Notes under the pieces: generated by a model
What the model was told of the DNA's origin: nothing
Database searches by the model: none
What the model saw: the letters and a program-made list of their open reading frames with translations, nothing else
Translations under genes and position numbers: made by a program
Part shown: one piece after another, positions 52,696 through 63,410 of the stretch
Numbering within the stretch: the first letter of the stretch is position 1
Layout of the letters: each line of letters begins with the position of its first letter
NCBI GenBank assembly: GCA_963514005.1
Contig: OY740806.1
Location: 34,782,001-34,846,000, forward strand
Length of the DNA stretch: 64,000 nucleotides
From: Raja brachyura
Taxonomy: Eukaryota
Reading direction: 5' to 3'

Positions 52696-53102
52696 TCATA
52701 TCACAATGGATACTAAAATGAAACAATTTTGTACTGGGCCATAGTCATAATTCCTATCATTTTTTAATAATAGCACAGTTTATGTTTATGTAACACTTTT
52801 GACAAATGTCAGATAATCTTCAGTCAATTAAGTACTTAGATGTACCCTCACGGATAAAAATGCATGGCCAAAACCCACGGATAACACAATGACAATGATG
52901 GGATAACTTATTGTCTTGAGGGAACAATATTTGTCCCAGGGATACCAAGCAGAATCTGTCACTCCCTCTGTCCTGTCTTCAAGATGGTCCCATGTGGTTT
53001 TTCCATACACCAATCGAGTAGAGGGGTGGGGAGTTAAATTGCAATGGGTATAAATGTGGCCATAATCTAGCTTCATTTGCCACTGTGCTGAACATTTAAA
53101 TG

Positions 53103-53243
53103 GGTCTGAAGAAGGGTCTGGATCTCAACCCGAATCGTTCACCCATACCTTCTCTCTGGAGTTGCTGCCTGTCCCGCTGAGTTACTCCAGCATCTTGTGT
53201 CTATCTTCAGTTTGAACCAGCATCTGTAGTTCCTTCCTACACA
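53103..53243 (+). mobile_element. Penelope terminal repeat with tail
   Basis: Family consensus; TSD ACATTTAAATG. Confidence 0.75.
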
Positions 53244-54620
53244 TTTAAATGTATGTGACTGCAGATGGATTTTTACCCCAGGAATCCCAACAACACAGTA
53301 TTCCCTCAATATATCATCCCACATGGAGCGTTTTTGTACTCACAGAAATCAATAGTTGCGGAATGAAAGCCAGACCTACCTATTCATCAATGTTACGTTT
53401 ATTCCAGCACCCTCCATTAGTTGATGATTCTTATTGACCTATGGTTTTACGCATCGGAGCCCACGCCAACATGAGATGTAGTTATCAAAGGCAAGCTCCA
53501 ATATTTATTGCTCTTGCTTAGCAATGGGAAGGTTGTGCTTCTTATTCATCAACTACTGTGGCCCTTGTGGTGAAAGTCATCTCACTGTGCTGGCAGGTAG
53601 GAAGTCTCAGAATTGTGACCCAGTGATGTTAGGCATTATCTGTCTAGGTCTGGACGGTAAGTGACTCGGTGGGGAAAGTAGAGTTTGTGCAGTTCCCATA
53701 CCTCTGCTGACCTCAGTCATCTAGTTGCAGTAGCCAGCTCTCACAGACAGAAACATAGCAATGATTGTTTTGAGGGACGAATATTTGTGCCGGGGATACC
53801 AAGAAGAATCCATCACCTCTACTGTCCTGTCTTCAAAGTGGTTCCATGGGGCTTTTGCATACCAATGAGCTTGTATCATTTGCTATTTGCAGAAGAAAGT
53901 TCCAATTCTCTGCCCCCCCACCCACCTCTGTATATTGAAGTATTTTCAAATATCACTACTGTAAAGTGTGGTTCTATTTTTTTTTAAATCTCCTTGGTCC
54001 CAGCCACAGCAACTAGTGGAGATAGTTTCTTTCCATCGACCCCACCTTTTGTCATTAAGATATTGAACATTTGTATCAAATCATGCCTTGGTTTACTAAA
54101 TTCGAGTGAAAACTATTTAGCTTCAGTAATTTCTGCTTGTAATTTAGCCCATGGATCCTGGGTTTCCTGTTACTCTCGGTAGCATCTTCAAGGACTTTGT
54201 GCCCTTCTTAAGGTGTAGTGCCCAATCTTCACATCACTGTAGCAGGACTTCTACCCACATGTACTTCATTCAGCGCGATGGAATAGTTCAGTCTTCCTCA
54301 ACATGTTCTGCTGTTACTAATGATTCTTGTAAGAGACCCTCTGGTTTCTTTGAGCCTCCATGCGTTGTAACTTTCTACCATTTAGAATGGTCCTTGTCTT
54401 ATTCCAAATGCAACTGCAAGCTATTTGCTTTGGTTTTGTCAGTACACGAGCAATTAATTTCTTTTTTTTGTCCTTAAATTATTGCATTGAGAAGTTGTCC
54501 CAAAAGCTGATCTTTGCAAGTAGCCATAGACACGCCCTATTCTCTTCCTACATTAATTCACTAATGTTCTTGCATTTCTGGGATCTTTTTTAAACAGACA
54601 GGCTGTTATTATCAAATGCT

Positions 54621-54817
54621 GGTAGACGAAAGTGCTGGAGAAACTCAGCGGGTGCAGCAGCATCTATGGAGCGAAGGAAATAGGCAACAGGCAACGGAAA
54701 TAGGAAATAGGCAACGTTTCGGGCCGAAACCCAAGGGTTTCGGCCCGAAACGTTGTCTATTTCCTTCGCTCCATAGATGCTGCTGCACCCGCTGAGTTTC
54801 TCCAGCACTTTTGTCTA
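54621..54817. mobile_element. Palindromic Penelope mini-insert, subfamily 2
   Basis: Near-perfect arms centred on GAAACCC-AA-GGGTTTC; TSD-like ATT(A/G)T(C/T)AAATGCT. Confidence 0.85.
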
Positions 54818-54887
54818 TTGTTAAATGCTTTTTGGCGATCCATATTGAGTGCATCCATTGACATATCGTTCATCCTGTATTTTAGGT

Positions 54888-55205
54888 TCTCACACACACA
54901 CTCACACACAAGCAAACACTGATTCACACACACTCAGCTCACACCCATGTCATGTGAGTTATTCTCACAATCAGCTTGCTCTCACTCATCCCAGACTGCC
55001 ACACACACACACTACTCACACTCGTCGCCTCGTGATCACTCGCACACTCAGCTCACCCACACTGGGCTCACTCTGACACAAGTCACGCTTACTTTTACAT
55101 TGATATTGCACTCAGACAAGCACACTGCCACACTGACCTCACACTCACACAGGGATCACTCTCACTCTCACTATGATTCCCAATCATGCTCACACTCACA
55201 CCAAC
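54888..55205. repeat. Degenerate CA-rich (CACACT-type) low-complexity repeat
   Basis: Recurrent CACACTCA/CTCACAC units. Confidence 0.75.
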
Positions 55206-56114
55206 ATATAATTGCAAGTTCTGCTGCCGTTTTTTTCCTTTTTTATTCGAAGGGGCACTAATTATGGGCGAGTGACTTTGGTTTTGGATAAAGAGGAGTT
55301 GCCACAGATTCTAGTGCAAGGACATGGCGACAGATTACAGCTGTGTTTGAGAAGAAACATTGTTAGTGCGGCAAATAACTCTTTATACGCAACCTTGCTG
55401 CTTCCTTTGAAAAGATAATTAGAAAAGAGGACATAAATTTACTAAATTTAAACTATGTTGGGAAACCAAAATGTGAATGATTGAAAGGTTCAACGGCACT
55501 GCTAACACCATTGACCATCTGGTAAAACATGGAAGAAGGTGTGGAAATATGACCGCGTTGATTGATTTCCTTGTACATCTCCAATCAGGAGATTTATATT
55601 TTGAATCAGAAACTCTACGCTCACAAGAGAATCCGATCTTAAGCAGGAATTGGTATTGGTTCCCCAATCAGAGAATCAACTGGAAGTACTAATGCAGCTT
55701 TAAAAATCCATTTAACGAGCGGGGAGGAAAGTTCAGAGGTCACTTTGTCGCCGTAGGTGATCAGCGTTTGCACTCAGCACCCTGCTTCCTCTGGCTTGCA
55801 AAGGGCTGGAGCCTTAAAAGTGGGTGGAGAGTTAACTAAGGTTAGGGAACAGTGCAAAGCCGAGTGCCGTCTAACGCTTAGTCTCGTGGTTTATTTGCCA
55901 GGGTAGATCCTGACAAATCTGAACTCATGTGAAGCAGGCTGACAAGTGAAAAGGGAAAGATATAAAGTCATGTAGAAAGAGAGAGCACAGACATCTCGAT
56001 GCTGCCTGGCCAGGTATTATCTTTCATTTTAAATCAGCATTTAGCAGCTCGCCATCTCTTGTTCTCCCTCCCTCTCTCTCTCTCTCTCTCTCTCTTTTAA
56101 TAGAGAATTTATCC

Positions 56115-56231
56115 TTGGCAGAGAGCCAGGCTGTGAATGACAGATGCATGATGGTACTGGTCTTTGAGGCCCTGGTCTGATGGCTAAGTGCCACAATCAA
56201 TTGCGAGTGAAATGAGTTGGCTGCCTGCCAA
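56115..56231. promoter_or_regulatory. Cluster of three NFI-type palindromic sites (TTGGC-N5-GCCAA)
   Basis: TTGGCagagaGCCAG (56115-56129), TGGCtaagtGCCA (56181-56193) and a perfect TTGGCtgcctGCCAA (56217-56231). Confidence 0.45.
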
Positions 56232-58031
56232 TCTCAGGTTGCTATGCAGCCAGCTTGTCTTGCGCTCTTTGCTGTTAAATCACAGAAGGCAAGAGTTCGG
56301 TTCCAGACAACTTTTTTTTTCCTTTCAAAAAATTTTTTTTTAACCCATTTCAGGCAGTTTTGCACGGAGAGATCAGAATACCGGATCTGAGGCCAAAATC
56401 ACGGAATGGATGCTCAGAATTAGATGCGTGTGCTTGCACTGTGTGTACCAGAAGGGGAAATAAGCCATTTTTGTATAATATGAAGATTAATCTAACATGC
56501 AAATCTAAATGTGGTGTGGGAGACACAGTTGGGGGCCAGGGTGACCCCAAATTGTTGCAAGGCCAATATTCTATTCTTGATCTTTGAACGTACTCTGATT
56601 ACTGAAGAAGGAGTGGGTTGAGCACGAGGAAGGACATTATTTTCCTGTATTATTTGACTCTCAATGCTCCAATGTTTTCAAGGCTGGAAATGTCTCTGGC
56701 ACTGGCATTACCACAACTAATAATGTGGACAAAGTTTAATTGGATATCTGAACATGTTAATGCCTTCTGCTAATCACGCTGTTGGAAGCACCGCGGGGAT
56801 GTAGACGATGGCAAAGAATGCACGGAAAATGTAAACAAAATCACCGCATCTACAAAAATTGAAAGTGCGAGTTTCTGTGTCTTCCCTTGGAAACAGAAAA
56901 GCTAATTGAAGCTTGCTTATCCCGCACGGCCTGGGGTTTTGCTTGGCTAATGTTGCCTTCACATTTGTCGCTGCCTCCAGACCACTGACCAGACCGTAAG
57001 GGTATGAACGATTCATTGTTCCTGCCTGTTAAAAATGTTCACCACTCTCACCAGAGAGCCAGTGGCTCTTCCGACGTTTCATCCGCCTGCCACCGGACTT
57101 GGGCGTTGGAAGACTAGGTGAGCGAGCGCAGGTGACAAGACAGGCAGATAGAGTATGTGGAGAAGAGGGCAAAGCCGGGGAGAGGGAGAAGGGCGGTGCA
57201 AACTGGCACTGGACGCCATTTGAATCCTCCCTTTGCCTAAACAGCCCTTTATTTTTGATTTACTTTCCTGTACACTGTGTGTGTGTGTGTGTGTGTCTGT
57301 CTGCCTGCCTGCCTGCCTGCCTGTGCAAAGCTGCAAATTAGGTTTTCAGTTTGAAAAATGATCCCGAGCTGCTTCCTTCCCAGTCAGCACATTTGAAGGT
57401 GGAGATTAATGTCCATGATTGGTGTAATGCTGCCGCAGTAATCCGTGAGCAGAATGCAAGATGGGATATGGGGGAAAGGCCAAGATTCATGCTTGTGCTC
57501 AAGAGTTTACACAAGTCTCCATAGTAACATGCCTGGTTATTTTGTACGCATTTGTTCTGTGTGAGGGCATTTTAGGAGTATATATTCATTTACCCAGAAT
57601 ATTTTATGTCTAATTATATGCTGTTTCTTTATCTATTGAAAAATATCCCCCAGTATTTTTTTTAATTATTGAAGCCGTCTGTGATGCACGGCGCGTGTAA
57701 TTTTTTGTTTCTCTTGCCCTTCCTTTCATTGTCTCTCATATTATCATCTTTTCTCGCTGCTTCTTGCAATTGCACCCTCTTTCCTCATCATTTATCTCTT
57801 CATTGCTTCTACCCTCTCCTTTCGTCTTCACATTCTCTCCCTTTCCCTATCTTCCCCTTGCGGTCCTGCCCTTTCCCCTTTTCTTCTCTCTAACAACCTC
57901 TCCATTTTCTCTCGGTTGCTTTCAATCTCCCAGTCCCCCCTCTCCCTCCCTCTGTCTCCCTCTGTCTCCCTCTCCCTCCCTCTGTCTCTCTCTCTTTCTC
58001 TCCGTCTCGATCTCTGCCTTTATCATGTTAC

Positions 58032-58172
58032 NNNNNNNNNNNNNNNNNNNNNNNNNNNNNNNNNNNNNNNNNNNNNNNNNNNNNNNNNNNNNNNNNNNNN
58101 NNNNNNNNNNNNNNNNNNNNNNNNNNNNNNNNNNNNNNNNNNNNNNNNNNNNNNNNNNNNNNNNNNNNNNNN
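58032..58172. other. Assembly gap (141 N)
   Basis: Run of N, flanked by CT-rich repeat and a 71-nt C run (58340-58410). Confidence 0.99.
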
Positions 58173-58337
58173 ACATCGCTCCCATTCGATCTCAAGCCAC
58201 TTCTGGCCACAGTTCACAAAGCCCTTCTGTGCTGGCTGTGTATCCGCCCCCACCCCGTACCCCCACAAACCCCTTTTTCCCCCTCAGTTGGTACCGAAAA
58301 GATTGTGCAAAGACGCATCAGTCTTCCACTGTGCCAC

Positions 58338-58410
<73 letters not shown>

Positions 58411-60984
58411 ACGCACCAAACACTCCCCCACCCCTTTCCGTGCGTACACACATACAATAAAAATTAGTCGTTGACATCGCAAGAGAGAGGGGGAGAAAGA
58501 GCTCCTTCAGGAACTGCCTTGTCCTTACTGGGTGAAGGTATGTTGGAAATCTGTGCCTCCAATCCAGCTGTTAATTCATAGGAAGAGGCCGCTTGTTAAA
58601 CCTGAACGACAGAGAGAAAAAATGGGATTATGAAATGCGTTGTGGTGCTGTGAGCTGCTTGTCTCTCCTCCCTGTCATGGCTCTCTGCTTCTAAAACGCA
58701 TGCCAAAAAAAAATCGAAAGGCTCAGTGTTGGCGATTTTACAAACAGATGTTGCCTCTTGATGCGCAGTTAAACCAGACACCAGAACAACAGTTCTGGAC
58801 GCTAGACGACTTTTTGGGGGGTGTTGCTTTTAGGTGTGAGGGGTTGGAAGGTTAGTTTCAGTTGGCGATAAAAAACAAATTTTATTATTTTTTTCCTTCA
58901 AGGTGTGGGCTCACTACAGCCGCTTTATTTACTTATTTATTTTGGTGTAAAGAAACCGCCTTTTTTTTCCATCTGTTTGCATCGACCACGACTGGACAAT
59001 CGCTGAATGAATCCTTGGCCCTTCTTCCATAAAGACCCCAGCTTCTCACCCCTCTGTGCAGCGTTAAAGCAATATTGGGAATGTTTGGACGTTCCTGGTG
59101 AGTTAAAGACGATCGTGCCTCGGACACAGAGTGCCCGGGTCATTTTTTGGAGGGGGCAAAGGGTTTATTTCTATTCGTTTTCGCTTCCGTTTTCAAACAT
59201 TTTCCCCTTTGTACTGCCCGTCGCCATTGTGTTATTAAACGGCAGTGAGCACTGTGAATGTGGATCTCAATTTATAAGGCTTGACGAAAGTCTCCGTTTT
59301 GAACGGATAAGTAATGGGTGCAAATCGGGACAACTGTTAATATCTTTACAGAACTAGAGTTACTTCATATGTTTGCCTCTGACACGCTGCGAGCATGCTA
59401 ACACGATAGACTGTGATCACCCTATCTCTTTTTTGCTTTCCTGACCCTGGGCCTCTTGACTCGAAAGTGTTAAAATTACTTGGCACCAGAACTGCATTTC
59501 AAAGCAGTTTTGTCCTCTCTTTGCATTCAAGATTCACAGGGTACCATCTGATTTTGAAATTCAGATTGTTAGGCTTCACGTATTGTGCCAAGATCCACAA
59601 TAAGCCCTTTGCGCGCTCTCTCGCTCTCTACCTCCTTTCTATCCAACCCTTCGTCCTTATTTACAGCTTAAGATCTGGATGGGGAGAAGAGTTTACATAT
59701 AATCGTGTAGCACAGTTGGTACGTTTGGGTGTGCGGGTGCATGTGTGTGTGTGTGTGCGGGTGGGTGTGTGTGTGTGTATGTGCCTATTCTTCAGTCTTT
59801 GTGAGGCAGCAAGTCTTTTGCTCACTCTCTCTGCCACCGGGCGTCCATTTGCCGAGATTCTGTCACTGAATTGGGTAAGAGCGTGCCGAGCCTGGGCACT
59901 GCCTGGTGCCTGCGTTCCTTGCTTGGCGCAGCATCGGAATGGATGGGGGCCCATTCCGAACCTCAATATCATTTGACAATTCCTACTCCTCTTTGTTTTG
60001 CTGCCTTTTTGTCGCAAGGCCGTGGCAAACATCCCCGTTCTAATCCTCAGTCAGGCAGGAAAAATAATTGTAAGTGCCATTTTTTTTTGGAGTTAGAAAG
60101 AAGAAACAGCTGGCTTATGAAGTCAGTGAATTCAATTACCGGGGAAACGATTCCATGCGTAGGATAAAAGTCTATGGGGTGACCTTTATGGATTACAGAA
60201 TGGATTCCAGCGGTTCTTCACCCCCCCCCCCACCCCCACCCCCACCCCCATCCCCACCCTCCAATGCTTGTGTCTCTGTTTCTCCTCCTCTTTTCTGCAA
60301 TGTGGAACCACATTGGAGCACGCTTGCGTGTGGGTATGTTTGCATATGTGTGTGATTGCGCACATGCATGTGTGTGCCCATGCGCGCGTGTATGGGCGCA
60401 CGATGGCAACGCTGCGTCCAACACTGGTTGTCTTTCTCCGTGTCGCAGGTTAGGCCTTCAGGTCACAATCGGCAGAATGCTTTAAAATGGGGCAGGACGT
60501 ATGCTGAAGAAATGGGGGGGTGGGGGGGGGGGGGGTGGGGAGAGGGGGGTATATGGGTGGGATGGGTGGCAGCATGGTGAGTACAGGGGGTGCAGGGGAG
60601 ATGGGAGTGCGAAGGGCTGTGGTGAACGTCTTCCCGTTTGAATCCCTTCCCTCCTCTCGCCCAGTTGTCCAGCGTTTGGAATTTGTGGAAGTGAGTTAGA
60701 TTGTATTATTGTCATTCGTTACATCCTCGCGGCAGAGAGCGAGGATAAAGGTGACGCGATTGTCTCCGCATTCATCGATGTGTTTTCCTAGCATCGCTTC
60801 ACCATCGAAGATGTGGCGGTGTAGGCCGGTCACAGCCACGGCCGGGCGGGACATTTCAGATCCCTTTCGGAATTTTACATTCAGTGGGCGTCTGGCTGTT
60901 TGCGAGACTTAAACTGAAAACCTCCGGTAAAATGAATCCAAGTTTTTTCTTTCTGGGAATAAGAATGAAGGCGGGGGTGAGGGG

Positions 60985-61082
60985 GAGCGAGAGAGATAGA
61001 AAGAGAGTGAAAGTGAGAGAGAGAAGCGAGAGAAGAAAGAGAGAGAGAGAGAGCGAGAGAAAGCGAGAGCGAGAGAGAGTGA
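60985..61082. repeat. GA-rich microsatellite
   Basis: (GA)n with GC/GT interruptions. Confidence 0.9.
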
Positions 61083-61483
61083 AAAACAGCAAGACAAAGC
61101 CTGTGTCCAGGCTTGGCAGACAGAAGGAGCTGGGATTGCCAGCCAAGGAGCCTGCTCTGGTACAAAGCAAACACTCCAGAATTCTCCCAATAACAGTTGC
61201 ACTCAGATGAGGACATACTTTTCACTTAATTCTGCGGCTTCACCTCTCAGCTATAACCAATTTTAAATAAGAAGCTTCATTTTGACTGCATACAAACGCG
61301 CGGCCATCTAACATTTGATCTCGAAGATCGGAGGATTAGATATTTTTTATATTTACGTGTTAGAAATCGCGAAGCAATGTCGAACTGAATTATACCAAGT
61401 TACCGATCCTGGTAGTTAAAGCAGTCAATTATTATTAAAGCCTTTTTACAATTTTTTTGTTGCTGTTGTTACTTGTACTATAG

Positions 61484-61748
61484 GACCACAAACTCCAGAG
61501 GTTTGGCCTTGAAAGACAAGACGCCGTCTCCTGAGGCATCGACACCCAATGCCAGGAATTGAAGCTGGGAGCCAACAGACGTCCCTGCATACATACAAGA
61601 GCAGCCAGATTGCAATGTTGGTGTTTTGGGTTTAATGGTATTTTTATACTTACTATCAAAACTATTTATTTTGTCTGCGATCATCTGAGAGATATAACGA
61701 TGTGTAAATTTAAAACTGCCCAAAGTGAAATGAAAACGTTAGATTACG
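61484..61748 (+). other. Candidate non-coding exon of the host transcript just upstream of mir-100
   Basis: T-rich tract TTTTTTTGTTGCTGTTGTTACTTGTACTATAG| ends at 61483; candidate donor CG|GTATGT at 61749 (weaker alternative near 61638). All three frames hit stops early. Confidence 0.3.
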
Positions 61749-61980
61749 GTATGTTCACCTCAACGTTAAGCTTTTGGGATTTACTGCTGAGGTGTATTTT
61801 CTTTGCCGAAACAAAATGGGAAGGGTGGAGGGGGGGGGCGGGGGAGGTGGATTAGAGAAAAGGGAATGGAGGGAGGAGGAAGATGGGCAGAGGGCTGGTG
61901 CCAGTGATAAGGGAAAGAAGATGAGTGACATCGGAAAAGAGAATGAGGAGAGGCCAGGAGGACTGGAGTTTGCAGAGCCA

Positions 61981-62055
61981 GCTGCCACTAACCCGTAGAT
62001 CCGAACTTGTGTTTCAAGTATCTCCCAAGCTCGTGTCTATAGGTCTGTGTCTACA
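61981..62055 (+). ncRNA. mir-100: microRNA precursor, miR-100 (miR-10/99/100 family); mature 5p 61990-62011, star 3p about 62026-62047
   Basis: AACCCGTAGATCCGAACTTGTG (61990-62011) is the canonical miR-100-5p. CAAGCTCGTGTCTATAGGTCTG (62026-62047) pairs back on it as a miR-99/100-type star arm. It lies 1.3 kb upstream of a let-7 hairpin, the conserved cluster order. Confidence 0.97.
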
Positions 62056-62958
62056 TGGTAAAGAACCAACCAGCCATCGACATTATATATTGTAACCGGG
62101 CTCTCCTGCAGGGTCGAGAGGTTTAGGGCGGTGGTCACCATTAGCTCTACGAGAGCATGTTGGAGCTGTAGGTGTGGAAGAAATGGGTTGCAACAGCAAA
62201 TCTTTGATGATGATCGTTAAAATAAAACGACACTACAGTTGACAGGTCATTTTGCCTAACCGGTTTAGTGCTCCAGACAAGCCTCCCCAAATCTGAAGCA
62301 AGTTGGGCCAACTTTAAATCATGTGCTTTTTGCAGCAGGGTGGGGCGAGGATTATGGAAGTCCCAATCCATGAGTCAGTGATGATGTGGACCTCCCAGCT
62401 GGCAACTCCCTGCCAAGTTTAACCATTTCACCCAGTCATTCTCTCGTGCCTCCGGTAAGAGTATCCCAAAAAGCTTAAGGTTAATGACTCTGTAATTCCC
62501 TTGATAGAGTCTAATGAATCAATGTGAAATGTGGTTTCTATCTGGGATTAGCCATGAATGGGGACATGTGAGGGAAGCGATTTAGGGTAGCAGTTTACTC
62601 AGAAGCGGAACGACTGTGAAAACGACTCTTGCAGATTCACTGGGGCAGCCACACCTTGGCCGTAGCAGGTACCGAGGGCCGGCATCACGGGGGGTACAAG
62701 GTTTTCATTAGGTGGGGTGACAGGGGAGGTGGGATGGGTGAAAAGCACTTGGGTGATTAATGGAGACTTCTGATCATTAATGGCTACGTTTGTCAATGGC
62801 TATTCTTCTTAAAATTTGAACTGAATTTGTTGTACCAAAGAGAGGCACAGAAAGCTGGAGCCTTTTTCAGACTGGTCTATGCTCATGAGGATGTATGTGT
62901 TGGTTTGGCGAGTGTGACACGTGTGTGAGTTACGTGTGGTTTGCCTGGGTTGATGAGG

Positions 62959-63046
62959 GTGTGTGTGTGCGCGTGTGTGAGTGCGCGTGTGTGTGAGTGC
63001 GCGTGTGTGTGTGCGCGCATGCGTGCGCGTGTGTGTGTGTGTGTGT
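62959..63046. repeat. Alternating purine-pyrimidine (TG/CG)n tract between mir-100 and let-7
   Basis: GTGTGTGTGCGCGTGTGTGAGTGCGCG... Confidence 0.9.
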
Positions 63047-63320
63047 TAGTAAGCCATATGTGTTGCTGGTCGTTGTATGTAACAATGTCCTGTCTGGTTT
63101 TCTCCATATATCTCTTGCCCAGGGTGTATGGGTGTCGCGCAACCATGCGTTTAGAACGTGTTGGTGTGTAGGGTAAGTCCAAACATTGGACCAACAACGT
63201 CCCCTTGCTTCCTCATCGTGCACCACCCTGACCTATCCCTGACCTTCTCTCACTACTTCTTTCCCCTCAACCCAACTGCTTAAAGCTTCTGATGCAGTAG
63301 TTGATGAGGCCAATGACTGT

Positions 63321-63410
63321 GTGCGCCCAGGCTGAGGTAGTAGGTTGTATAGTTTAGAATTATACCAAGGGAGATAACTGTACAACCTCCTAGCTTTCCC
63401 TGGGGCATGC
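63321..63410 (+). ncRNA. let-7a: microRNA precursor, let-7a (let-7a-2/let-7c/let-7e subgroup); mature 5p 63333-63354, 3p about 63378-63399
   Basis: TGAGGTAGTAGGTTGTATAGTT is an exact let-7a-5p. The loop TAGAATTATACCAAGGGAGATAA has the LIN28 GGAG motif (63370-63373). The 3p arm is CTGTACAACCTCCTAGCTTTCC, the basal stem is CCCAGG/CCTGGG, and a CNNC motif (CAAC 63417-63420) sits at the expected spacing. Confidence 0.98.

Larger units (their letters stand above)
56700..61400. promoter_or_regulatory. CpG-enriched, transposon-free promoter-like region upstream of the miRNA cluster
   Basis: Visibly more CpG than the rest of the window, GA- and TG-microsatellites, G-runs (60510-60610), several donor-like sites and no recognisable SINE/LINE. 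Confidence 0.45.

Noticed and set aside
53101-53145. Hammerhead copy with a good helix I (TGGGT/ACCCA)
   Set aside because: The catalytic GAAA is mutated to GAAT and stem II has an insertion, so it is unlikely to be active.
58340-58410. 71-nt poly-C as a functional i-motif/G4 element
   Set aside because: It lies next to an assembly gap and homopolymer length is unreliable; it may be a sequencing artefact.
57764-58477. Proline/glycine-rich ORFs
   Set aside because: They are artefacts of the N gap, CT repeats and the 71-nt C run.
59413-60032. Overlapping 187-aa and 123-aa ORFs
   Set aside because: Driven by TG microsatellite and low-complexity sequence; no recognisable domain.
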